Both the position numbers and the translations under genes were made by a program. Source: Oliverpabstia sp. (GTDB taxonomy: Bacteria > Bacillota > Clostridia > Lachnospirales > Lachnospiraceae). Taken from it: 64,000 nt of DNA. The notes beneath the pieces were generated by a model. It did not search any database, had not been told where the DNA came from, and was given only the letters and a program-made list of their open reading frames with translations. This document shows, piece by piece, positions 40,694-49,712 of the stretch. Each line of letters begins with the position of its first letter. Position 1 is the first letter of the stretch. The stretch spans positions 33,762 through 97,761 of the forward strand of contig JBJELU010000078.1 of the NCBI GenBank assembly GCA_051879355.1, read 5' to 3'.

Positions 40694-41992
40694 ATGGAAA
40701 AAGTAATGAAGTTGCCGCCTGTCGGGATGAGAATCATCAAGTCGGCAGTCGTTGTATTTCTGTGTTATATTGTTTATATTTTGCGTGGTAAACAGGGAAT
40801 AGTATTTTATTCACAGCTGGCTGCTCTCTGGTGTATGCAGCCGTATATCCGCAATTCCATGAATATGGCTATACAAAGAACTACCGGAACTTTGATCGGA
40901 GCAGCATATGGTCTGGTGGTTATTTTGATTTATGAAAATCTTTTTCCAAAGACGGATCAATTCGATTTAATTTATTATCTGTTTGTATCATTTATGATTG
41001 TGTTGGTGATTTATACTACCATTGTAATCAAGAAAAAGAATGCATCCTATTTTTCTACAGTAGTATTTTTAAGTATTGTGGTAGTACATATCGGGGATGC
41101 GGATCCAATTTTATTCACCCTGAATAGAGTACTGGACACGATGATTGGTATTATACTGGCGGTTATTGTTAATATGTTTCGTATTCCCCGAAGAAAACAA
41201 AAGGATATCTTGTTTGTTTCCGGTGTAGATGATACACTGGTAAATGAGAAGGAGGTTCTGTCACCTTTCAGTAAAATCGAATTGAACCGTATGCTGCAGG
41301 AAGGTGCCAATTTTACAGTGTCCACGATGCGCACGCCGGCTTCTATTATTGATGCGTTGGGAGATATTCAGTGGAAATTGCCGTTGATTGTGATGGATGG
41401 TGCAGCTTTGTATGATATGAAAGAGCGGAAGTACCTTGCCACAAGGAGCATGAAAAAATCTATGGTTCGTGAACTGCTGAGTTTTTTTGATGAGCATAAG
41501 CTGAACTGTTTTGTCAATATTGTCATAGACAGCCTGTTGGTGATTTGCTATAAAGAACTGAAAAATGATGCAGAACGAACAATTTATCATGACTTGCGTC
41601 GTTCTCCGTACCGGAACTTTGTGCGTGCAGATTTGCTCAGTCAGGGAGAAGTACTTTATCTGATGTTGATTGGAGAAAAACAGAAGATGCAGGATATTTT
41701 TGCAGAACTTCAGGAACAGGAGTGCTATGAACAACTGAAAGTCTGTGTCTATGATTCCACCAATTATCCCGGCTATATGTATATGAAAATTTATGACCGG
41801 AATGCAGTCAGAGATCAAATGATGGAGGTATTGAAAGAATGCACAGGACTTACCAAAGCCGTTACATTTGGAAGTATCGATGGGAAATACGATGTGGTGG
41901 TAAAGAAAAATGACAGTAATCGGGTGGTGAAAACACTGGAAAGAATGTATGAACCTTACTTCTGGTCGGGCATTGCCAGGCAAATCAAATAG
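40694..41992 (+). CDS. Aromatic-acid-exporter/FUSC-like membrane domain fused to a Cof-like HAD domain
   Basis: GMRIIKS N-terminus and TM helices; RVLDTMIG; degenerate HAD motifs SGVDDTL, STMR and IVMDGA. Confidence 0.75.
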   Translation: MEKVMKLPPVGMRIIKSAVVVFLCYIVYILRGKQGIVFYSQLAALWCMQPYIRNSMNMAIQRTTGTLIGAAYGLVVILIYENLFPKTDQFDLIYYLFVSFMIVLVIYTTIVIKKKNASYFSTVVFLSIVVVHIGDADPILFTLNRVLDTMIGIILAVIVNMFRIPRRKQKDILFVSGVDDTLVNEKEVLSPFSKIELNRMLQEGANFTVSTMRTPASIIDALGDIQWKLPLIVMDGAALYDMKERKYLATRSMKKSMVRELLSFFDEHKLNCFVNIVIDSLLVICYKELKNDAERTIYHDLRRSPYRNFVRADLLSQGEVLYLMLIGEKQKMQDIFAELQEQECYEQLKVCVYDSTNYPGYMYMKIYDRNAVRDQMMEVLKECTGLTKAVTFGSIDGKYDVVVKKNDSNRVVKTLERMYEPYFWSGIARQIK

Positions 41993-42025
41993 TTATGAAA
42001 AAGAGTGGGAAGGAGGCTGAAGAAT

Positions 42026-42454
42026 GTGAAAAGTGAACAGGCAAGGCTTCTGATCGGGTATTGGCTGGGGACAATCCCGTCGCCGGATATTACCGATGTG
42101 GAAAAAAGACGGAAGATAAAAAATGAGGAAATTCAGGAAAAGCTGAGAAATGGTGAAATGGTTTATGGTGTAACGCATTTCACGCCGGCGATGTATCTGC
42201 AGTATGAACTTACACGAATTAAACTGGATTATACAGTGTATAAAGGCGAAGCTCTGGGCGGCTACCCCTGCAGAGTATTTTCTGAAACTGATTTAAGGGA
42301 ATATTATGATAATAACAGGGATTTATTTACCAGATATTTTGGTGACAGTTTTGGGTTTGAAGAGGTCGCCATGATTATCGAAAAAAGATTGAAAGAAAAG
42401 GAGTATGAGGACATTGTCAAGGATTTATTATGTAAGCACGAAGAGTGGAAATGA
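42026..42454 (+). CDS. GH136 lacto-N-biosidase small partner subunit (Lnb136-I/LnbY-like)
   Basis: Small helical protein overlapping the beta-helix gene; SD AGGAGG before GTG at 42026; arrangement recalled from Roseburia. Confidence 0.6.
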   Translation: MKSEQARLLIGYWLGTIPSPDITDVEKRRKIKNEEIQEKLRNGEMVYGVTHFTPAMYLQYELTRIKLDYTVYKGEALGGYPCRVFSETDLREYYDNNRDLFTRYFGDSFGFEEVAMIIEKRLKEKEYEDIVKDLLCKHEEWK

Positions 42455-43691
42455 TCAAAATGACGGTTCCATTTCCCGTCCTTTTCTGACTCTGGCTGCG
42501 GCGGCAAACAGAAATCTGGAACCGGGTGATCAGATTCTTCTGGAGCGGGGATCCGTATTTTCAGGACAATACCTGCATCTGACCGTCAGCGGAACAGCAG
42601 AGGAACCTATTACAATTGGTGCCTATGGAGAAGGCGACCTGCCGTGCATTGAGGCAGAAGGAAATGGAATCTGGTATCAGAACTATGGAACTCAGCTGGA
42701 TTCTCCCACACATACATGGAAAGGATACGTTTCCTCAGCCATATTGTTATATGATTGTTCCTATATTACGGTGGAAAATATTTCAGTCACCAACTGGGGT
42801 ACAATCCTGGGTGAAAATTACTGTGAAGCTCATAAAATGAACAGAACAGGAGTGGCTGTGGTGGCAAAGAATCGTGGGACACTTCGGGAAATACACCTGA
42901 AAAATCTGGAAGTCAGTCGCGTCAATGGAAATGTTTATGACAAGCACATGAATAATGGCGGCATATACTTTACCTGTCTGAAGCCGGATGATGAGGAAAA
43001 AACCGGAGCAGCCCGGTATGAAAATGTGAGTGTGACAGGCTGTTTTGTACAGAATGTGAGCCGTTGGGGGATTGCCGTTGGCTATACCTATCATTGCCAT
43101 GAGTTCATGAAAGCTGAGCTGGAAGAAGAATTATTCGAAAAATACGGGCACAAAAATATTCGAATCGCAGATAATTATGTAAAAGAGGCTGGTGGGGATG
43201 GAATAACCGTAATGTATGCATTGCGTCCACTGGTGGAACATAACATCGCTGACTCCTGTGCCGGGGAAATGAATGACCGTATATACCGGTACCCTGAAAA
43301 ACGTGCCGGAAAAGTTGCCGCAGCCATCTGGCCGTGGAAATGCAAAGATGCACTTTTCCAGTATAATGAAGCCGTGGATACACGTCTCAATCAGGACGGC
43401 ATGGCCTGGGACTTTGACTCCGGTGACGGAACCATCTACCAGTATAATTACAGCCGCCTCAATGAAGGCGGATGCGCCATGTTCTGTCTGGAAGAAGCAA
43501 TCCATAATACCTTCCGATATAACATCAGTTGTGACGATTTGGGTGGAACCATTAGTCCATCTATGAATCCGGATGCTTATATTCACCATAATACCTTCTA
43601 TGTGCGAAAAGGCGTGCCGTTCGTGCGGGAACACATGGGAGGCGGAAATTACGTGGAAGAGGACAATGTAATTGAGATTCTGAGCGAATAA
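42405..43691 (+). CDS. GH136 lacto-N-biosidase catalytic beta-helix subunit (start may be TTG at 42414)
   Basis: YYVS...GNDQNDG, AAIWPWKCK and NQDGMAWDFDSGDGTIYQYNYS (two Asp seven residues apart). Confidence 0.75.
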   Translation: MRTLSRIYYVSTKSGNDQNDGSISRPFLTLAAAANRNLEPGDQILLERGSVFSGQYLHLTVSGTAEEPITIGAYGEGDLPCIEAEGNGIWYQNYGTQLDSPTHTWKGYVSSAILLYDCSYITVENISVTNWGTILGENYCEAHKMNRTGVAVVAKNRGTLREIHLKNLEVSRVNGNVYDKHMNNGGIYFTCLKPDDEEKTGAARYENVSVTGCFVQNVSRWGIAVGYTYHCHEFMKAELEEELFEKYGHKNIRIADNYVKEAGGDGITVMYALRPLVEHNIADSCAGEMNDRIYRYPEKRAGKVAAAIWPWKCKDALFQYNEAVDTRLNQDGMAWDFDSGDGTIYQYNYSRLNEGGCAMFCLEEAIHNTFRYNISCDDLGGTISPSMNPDAYIHHNTFYVRKGVPFVREHMGGGNYVEEDNVIEILSE

Positions 43692-43732
43692 AGAGGGGGC
43701 GGTGGTCACAGCCATCCCCGAAATAAAAAAGA

Positions 43733-43759
43733 ACCGGAATTCTTCTTTAGAATTCCGGT
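43733..43759 (-). terminator. tRNA-Pro terminator
   Basis: ACCGGAATTCT / AGAATTCCGGT with a U-tract on the minus strand. Confidence 0.75.
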
Positions 43760-43774
43760 GCCCCTGCCAAGGAG

Positions 43775-43848
43775 TCGAAGCGACGGGATTCGAACCCACG
43801 ACCTCTGCGTCCCGAACGCAGCGCTCTACCAAACTGAGCCACGCTTCG
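43775..43848 (-). tRNA. tRNA-Pro (anticodon CGG)
   Basis: Cloverleaf; anticodon arm CTGCG-TTCGGGA-CGCAG; GGTTCGAATCC T-arm; promoter TTGACA-N17-TATAAT at 43904-43876. Confidence 0.97.
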
Positions 43849-43944
43849 ATTGCTGTTTCGCCATCAGCAAGTAGAATTATACCCCAGATGTGGTGAGTTG
43901 TCAACAGGTTTTTGAAAAAAATTAAAGTTATCGTCGTCACCTAA

Positions 43945-44814
43945 TTATGATTGTTCCAGTTTCCTTTTCAATTGTTGTAATTCCTTTTCCAGTTGGTCAG
44001 CCCGGGCTTTTTCTTTTTCCGCCCGGGCTTTTTCTTTTTCTGCTCTCTGATATTCTCGTTTTGTATTGACCTGTTCCTCTTTTCGGCCCTGTTGGATGCC
44101 TTGCTGAATACCTTGCTGGATTAACATTTCTTCTCGTTCAAATATTTTCATATACTCCAGTGACACCTCCTCATCCTGTTTTACCAGATTAACCATTTTA
44201 TGTATATTACGAAGATTATCATTTACTGCGTTTTCCTCTGTTGTATGCTCCATATAATGGAGAAACTTTTCCAGCTCTTCCGAAGGTATTCCTTCTGTGC
44301 CCTTGGTATAAAGAAAGATTGTCCTGGCTCCATCATCATACGGCATGGAGGGGACTTCATCACATTTGTTGCGGATCGTATAGATCATACGATTCAGTCC
44401 AAAGGGATCATAGGGTGTGATTAATATAACAACGACTTTTTTCAACAAGCAGTAGCTTTCTCCTGATTTCAGACTGCGTGCATCTATTTTTGCGTGATAA
44501 AAGCGAACACGCTGAGGCAGAATACTTGCATCGTTTACGTTTTTATCTGGTTCGACATCATAGACTGTTGTGTTGTTTTCAGATTCATCAGCATAATTTT
44601 CCTCAATATAGACATCCAGTCGTGCTCCGTGTTTATCTGTGTCAGAACCGTGATACACCTTTTGCGGTATTACAGTTAATTTGCCGAACTCTTTGCCAAA
44701 TATAACCTGCAGTAGTTCTCGAATAAACTTTTCTCCAATTTCCGGATAATTAACCACAGAACCAAACAGAAAATCATCCAGTAAATTCAAATCTTCAAGT
44801 TTTCGTTTTACCAT
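43945..44814 (-). CDS. Rpn family PD-(D/E)XK nuclease (recombination-promoting nuclease / putative transposase)
   Basis: LNLLDDFLF, RLDVYI, RVRFYH and PYDPFG motifs; low-complexity C-terminal repeats QQGI and RAEKEKA. Confidence 0.88.
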   Translation of the reverse strand: MVKRKLEDLNLLDDFLFGSVVNYPEIGEKFIRELLQVIFGKEFGKLTVIPQKVYHGSDTDKHGARLDVYIEENYADESENNTTVYDVEPDKNVNDASILPQRVRFYHAKIDARSLKSGESYCLLKKVVVILITPYDPFGLNRMIYTIRNKCDEVPSMPYDDGARTIFLYTKGTEGIPSEELEKFLHYMEHTTEENAVNDNLRNIHKMVNLVKQDEEVSLEYMKIFEREEMLIQQGIQQGIQQGRKEEQVNTKREYQRAEKEKARAEKEKARADQLEKELQQLKRKLEQS

Positions 44815-45448
44815 AAACATTTCTCCTTTCATTAGGGAGCGGAAAGAAGAAACGTTTGTATGAGAAAAAACCTTACCGTTTCACTGCCTTCCGCCATATC
44901 ATAGTTATTTTCATAGGGGGAATCAGTAACCGAACGGTTTAGAACTTTCCCAGATATGTGATTTCATTTTAGCAAAATATACAGTGAGTGTCAACAGACA
45001 GATTGAAAATAATCAATTAAATATTAATAATTTAATGATATAGTTTGCATATATAGTGTGATCTTTATATATGATGGTGTTCGCATACGAAAATATGTCT
45101 GATTGGAATGAATGGCAAGTAAAAAATGAAAGCAATATATAACATGGCAAAAATGTCGATATATGTTTAAATAAGTCGAAATAATAGGAAATTAGTCTGA
45201 AAATGTATAAATATGACGAGTAAAATATCTGTAAGTAAATAGAAAAGTATTGAAAATAAAGAAATTGACAGATAAAATGTAAATAGACGTCATAAAAAGT
45301 AGAAACAATAATGGACTGGGGGGATGGAGTAGCTGCATATCGATTTCTGTTGAACCCACAATACTCTATAAAATTTTAATACTCACGCTATTTGGAGTAA
45401 ATATTTCCTCAAATTCCGTTAAGCTTATCTACAAAGGAGGATGAGCTT

Positions 45449-45958
45449 GTGAACAAAAGAGAAAGAGCTATATGTCGGGAAATCTATGAACAAAATAAGA
45501 TGCGCATTTACTATTTTTTGCTAAAGCAGTGTAAATGGTTGAATGAGGATGCTATTCACGATGTTATGCAGGAAGTATGGAAAGCTCTCAGTGAAAATAT
45601 TCATGAAATGTGTGGATGGGATGAGAGTTCCTGTTGGGCATGGCTGGCAACCGTTGCGCATAATCAGGCTGTGACGTATTTCAGGAAAGCTACAAAATCT
45701 GATGCATTGTTGGAAAAATTGGGGAACTATGACTGGGGACCGAAAAAATCTCTCTCCGCAGAAGACATAGCAGTTCAGAGAATAACAGCAGAAAATGTCC
45801 TGGAAAAATTAACGCCTAAAGAAAAAGAGGTACTTTTCAAGAATGTACTTCATCCGAATACGAAGGATGAAAAAGTTAAAAAGGGCAATGCTGAAATTTG
45901 TAAAAGTTACAGAGCACGAAAGAAACTGGAAGATTACATGAAAGAAGGTGGCCTTTAA
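45449..45958 (+). CDS. ECF-type RNA polymerase sigma factor
   Basis: Region 2 DVMQEVW...WLATVAHNQAVTYFRK; C-terminal YRARKKL; SD AAGGAGG. Confidence 0.8.
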   Translation: MNKRERAICREIYEQNKMRIYYFLLKQCKWLNEDAIHDVMQEVWKALSENIHEMCGWDESSCWAWLATVAHNQAVTYFRKATKSDALLEKLGNYDWGPKKSLSAEDIAVQRITAENVLEKLTPKEKEVLFKNVLHPNTKDEKVKKGNAEICKSYRARKKLEDYMKEGGL

Positions 45959-46752
45959 TGAGTAAAAGTGTTAAGATTCAGGATAGCCCGGAATATAAAG
46001 CGTTCAAAGAAAATTTTGAGGTAACGATGGATGCAATGGAAAAAGATCCGGAATTTGCCCAAATGAAACTCCCGGAGGAGTGGGAACGGGATTTTAATGA
46101 AACAATGGAAGCGACATGGAAAGAGGAGCGGCAAAGGAAGAAAAAACGAATCGGGAAAAAAATAGCAATAGCCGCCGGGGTTACGCTGGTGACACTGGCG
46201 GGCCTGAACCTGGGAGTACAGCAGGTACAGGGGGAAGGACTGGTGGAGTTCTTTCAGAGGACGTTTAATCTAGAAAATAAACAGTATACGATTGTTGAGT
46301 CTCAAGAAAATTATAATATGAGTATAGATGAAGGAGAATTGGATACATACTTTTATGCTGATACAGTAGATGATTTAAATAGGCAACTTCATGAGGCAAT
46401 GAAATCACCGATGTTTTATACGGAATATATTCCAGCGGGTTATACAATTGCTGAAGTAAGGTATAATGAATCATATAACATCATAAATTATTTATTTAGA
46501 AATGGAAATGAAACCATTCACATTTCTCAAATAAGACAATATGCTGAAATAGCCTCAGGTAATGTTAATGACAAAATTGAGTATGCAGAAGTCGAAAATA
46601 GGAATATTGGAAAAACGATAACTGTGTATCAAAGTGTACAAGATGGTAGTGTATCTTTTAGTATTGAGAAAAATAACATATATTTTACTGTTAATTGTTC
46701 AGATTCTTTAGACGAAAGCATAAAAATAGCAGAAAACATTAATTATTATTAA
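45958..46752 (+). CDS. Putative anti-sigma membrane protein (DUF4367-like)
   Basis: Coupled to the sigma gene; single TM; EYIPAGY and IKIAENI motifs. Confidence 0.7.
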   Translation: MSKSVKIQDSPEYKAFKENFEVTMDAMEKDPEFAQMKLPEEWERDFNETMEATWKEERQRKKKRIGKKIAIAAGVTLVTLAGLNLGVQQVQGEGLVEFFQRTFNLENKQYTIVESQENYNMSIDEGELDTYFYADTVDDLNRQLHEAMKSPMFYTEYIPAGYTIAEVRYNESYNIINYLFRNGNETIHISQIRQYAEIASGNVNDKIEYAEVENRNIGKTITVYQSVQDGSVSFSIEKNNIYFTVNCSDSLDESIKIAENINYY

Positions 46753-46765
46753 AAGAGGATAAACT

Positions 46766-47245
46766 ATGAAAAAACTAAAAAAAAGCGTAGCATTAATAAT
46801 TCTTCTTTCACTGATAACATGTCAAATAGTACCTGTATATGCGGGAGAGGGAACTACTGAAGAATGGTATGAGATGGTAGAAGAAAATTATGAAATTGAG
46901 GATGAACTTGATGGAATAAGTCCATATACACTGTATATTATGAATGTGCAGACATCCTTGAAAAAAATCTCTTCTAGTAAGCTAGGATTAAGGGCTGATG
47001 TGTATTGTACAACCGAAATGCAAACTATTAAGATTACGTTTTATTTGCAGAAAAATACTGGTTCGTCGTGGAAAAATGTGTCTAGTGGTGTAGCATCTAC
47101 TTCAAATGCTATTACAGCAGCTAAACAAATGACAGTTAGTGGATTGCCTTCAGGAACATATCGAGCAAAAACGGTAACGATGGTAATGGCAAATAATGGT
47201 TACACAGAGACATTGACAAGTTATAGTGGAGCTCTTTCAATATAA
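46766..47245 (+). CDS. Secreted hypothetical protein (DUF6147-like beta-sandwich)
   Basis: Signal peptide ending VYA; acidic segment then ISPY; LQK...W...GTYR. Confidence 0.7.
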   Translation: MKKLKKSVALIILLSLITCQIVPVYAGEGTTEEWYEMVEENYEIEDELDGISPYTLYIMNVQTSLKKISSSKLGLRADVYCTTEMQTIKITFYLQKNTGSSWKNVSSGVASTSNAITAAKQMTVSGLPSGTYRAKTVTMVMANNGYTETLTSYSGALSI

Positions 47246-47313
47246 AAAAAGCCAGACAACTATTTCTATGTAAGAAGAGTTATTGTGAGTTTGAATTTTT
47301 TTAAAGTGAATTA

Positions 47314-47381
47314 AAGAGCGTGTTTGAAATTGATTTCCCAACCTGTAATAAATATTTTGGAAAATTTCAAAACACGCTCTT
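47314..47381. mobile_element. Internally deleted MITE-like element, or terminator-like inverted repeat
   Basis: AAGAGCGTGTTTGAAATT ... AATTTCAAAACACGCTCTT. Confidence 0.5.
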
Positions 47382-47437
47382 ATTATGAAGCATTTCTGTG
47401 AGTGTTGTTCAGAATAGCTAAAATCAATTAAAGCTTT

Positions 47438-48301
47438 TCACCCAATCCCCCTCAAATACCGTATACAAGACAACGCCGCCTTCGCTCCTTCCCCCACAGC
47501 AACCGACACCTGCAGTATCCCACCGATGCAGTCTCCGGCTGCGAATACTCCGGGAAGTCCAGTGTCCATCTGTTCGTTGACGATGATTCGCTCATCTTCC
47601 AGTTGAATGCCCAGTTTGCGGGCCAGATCACTTCCCTTAGCGGTTCCCAGTGCTACGAACAGGCAGGCAGTTTCAAGAGAGGTACCATCCTGAAAGCGGA
47701 TTGTTTCCAGAGAAGATTCTCCGGTCAGTTCTTCGATAGGTGTGGTATTGATGGTGACTTCTTCAGGAAATTCTGCAGCAGGTTCCAGTCCGTTGGTTAA
47801 CAGTGTGACATGGCCGACGATGGGAAGAAGTTCCTGAACCTCATGCAGCGCATATTCTCCATTTCCGAGAACCGCAACATCACGTCCGCGGTACAGGAAG
47901 GCATCACATACGGCACAGTAGCTGACTCCATAGCCTTCCAGCCGGTCCAGATTTCGAATATTCATACGTTTCCGTGACGCACCTGTGGTCAGAAGAATTG
48001 CTTTACATTCAAAAGAATCTTTAACGGTGGAAACCGTATAGTTTTCATCCCAGCGGATTCCCACAACTTCGTCCTGCAGAATATTTCCGCCCAGATCAAG
48101 CACCTGTTTTTTTCCGATTTCTACAAGTTCATGTCCCGATAAAGGACGTTCCAGTCCAAAGTAATTCTGAATCTTTTCTGCTTTTTCCAGAGCACCGTTA
48201 TCTTTTCCGATTACGATAACAGAAAAACCTGCCCGCAGAATATATAAGGCAGCCGACAGACCAGCCGGTCCACTGCCGATAATAACAACATCATACATCA
48301 T
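47438..48301 (-). CDS. Thioredoxin reductase-like NAD(P)/FAD oxidoreductase
   Basis: GSGPAG; redox motif SYCAVCD; GVFAAGD. Confidence 0.9.
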   Translation of the reverse strand: MMYDVVIIGSGPAGLSAALYILRAGFSVIVIGKDNGALEKAEKIQNYFGLERPLSGHELVEIGKKQVLDLGGNILQDEVVGIRWDENYTVSTVKDSFECKAILLTTGASRKRMNIRNLDRLEGYGVSYCAVCDAFLYRGRDVAVLGNGEYALHEVQELLPIVGHVTLLTNGLEPAAEFPEEVTINTTPIEELTGESSLETIRFQDGTSLETACLFVALGTAKGSDLARKLGIQLEDERIIVNEQMDTGLPGVFAAGDCIGGILQVSVAVGEGAKAALSCIRYLRGIG

Positions 48302-48551
48302 AAATCCCTCCAATTAAGCACATTTCGTATCATTTCACTTGATAAAGTTTCCCAATTATGCAGTTTCATGCAAGCATAAAACCATGATCTTTCGACTCTT
48401 GTATCATTATATTATAAAAAAATTGATGGAAAAATGCAAAAGAATTTTCTGAAATCTTGCAACTTTGCCGGATACGTAATATGATGATAAAAAGTCTGTT
48501 CTAAATAAGATAATTCATGCAAGACAATTCACATATAAAGGAAGGATAGAT

Positions 48552-49712
48552 ATGGCAACAGAGAAGTTATTTTATCAGGATTCTGCAGCAAGAATCTGTG
48601 AAGCAAAGGTTCTGGAATGCAGAAAGGGCAAGAAGTACTATGAGATCCGCCTGGACCGGACAGTGTTTTATCCGGAGGGCGGCGGACAGCCCTATGATAC
48701 AGGTGTTTTGAATCAGACTAAGGTGCTGGAGGTGCATGAGAAAGATGGTGATATCTGGCATTATACGGAAGAGACCCTGGAAGAAGGGCAGGTGGTCATT
48801 GCGGAGATTGACTGGGCACGGCGGCTGGATCTGATGCAGCAGCATTCCGGAGAGCATATTGTCAGTGGGCTGATTCATGCAAGATATGGGTATAACAATA
48901 TCGGTTTTCACATGGGACCGGAGACGGTGACGATTGATTTTGACGGAGAAATTCCGGAGGAAGCTCTGCGGGAAATAGAGCAGGAGGCCAATCAGTATGT
49001 CTGGGAGAATCACCCGCTGATGATTACCTGGCCGTCACCGGAAGAGCTGGAGATGCTGCCGTACCGGAGTAAAAAGGAATTGACAGGAGCAGTGAGGATT
49101 GTGACCTGGCCGGGAGCGGATATGTGTGCCTGCTGCGGCGTACATGTGAAGTATTCCGGTGAGATCGGACAGATTATTCTGGTTTCCTCGCAGAGAGCAA
49201 AGGGAGGTGTCCGGATTGAAATGATGTGCGGAGGACGGACGCTGACGTATACCAATCAACTGAAGGAACAAAACCGCAGGATTTCCAATCTTCTTTCTGC
49301 AAAATGGAATGTGACGGCACAGGCTGCAGAAAAGCTTTTTGAAGAATATCAGCAGATGAAGTTCCGTATGGTGGGCATGGAGCTGGAGAAAATAGCACAG
49401 ATGGTCAAAGAGCGTGCCGGTCAGGGAAGCCAGTTGATTTTTGACGCTCAGCTTTCCCCTGACAGTGTGAGAAAGCTGGCAGTGGAATTGATGGAAAACT
49501 GCAGCGGCAGATGTGCCGTATTCAGCGGAGATGATGCGCAGGGCTATCGGTACGTGATCGGAGAAAAAGAAGGAGATCTCCGTGCATTTACAAAGGAAAT
49601 GAACCAGAAACTGCAGGGAAGAGGAGGCGGAAAGCCATTTTTTGTACAGGGCTCGGTGCAGGCATCCCGCAAGGAGATTGAGGAATTTTTCCGTGCATAT
49701 GGGAACGAATGA
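48552..49712 (+). CDS. Alanyl-tRNA editing protein (AlaX with C-Ala/DHHA1 domain)
   Basis: FYPEGGGQ; QQHSGEH and CCGVH Zn ligands; GRGGGK. Confidence 0.9.
   Translation: MATEKLFYQDSAARICEAKVLECRKGKKYYEIRLDRTVFYPEGGGQPYDTGVLNQTKVLEVHEKDGDIWHYTEETLEEGQVVIAEIDWARRLDLMQQHSGEHIVSGLIHARYGYNNIGFHMGPETVTIDFDGEIPEEALREIEQEANQYVWENHPLMITWPSPEELEMLPYRSKKELTGAVRIVTWPGADMCACCGVHVKYSGEIGQIILVSSQRAKGGVRIEMMCGGRTLTYTNQLKEQNRRISNLLSAKWNVTAQAAEKLFEEYQQMKFRMVGMELEKIAQMVKERAGQGSQLIFDAQLSPDSVRKLAVELMENCSGRCAVFSGDDAQGYRYVIGEKEGDLRAFTKEMNQKLQGRGGGKPFFVQGSVQASRKEIEEFFRAYGNE

Noticed and set aside
43775-43848. tRNA-Pro as an integration site of a genomic island
   Set aside because: No integrase and no duplicated tRNA 3' end (att site) seen in the window
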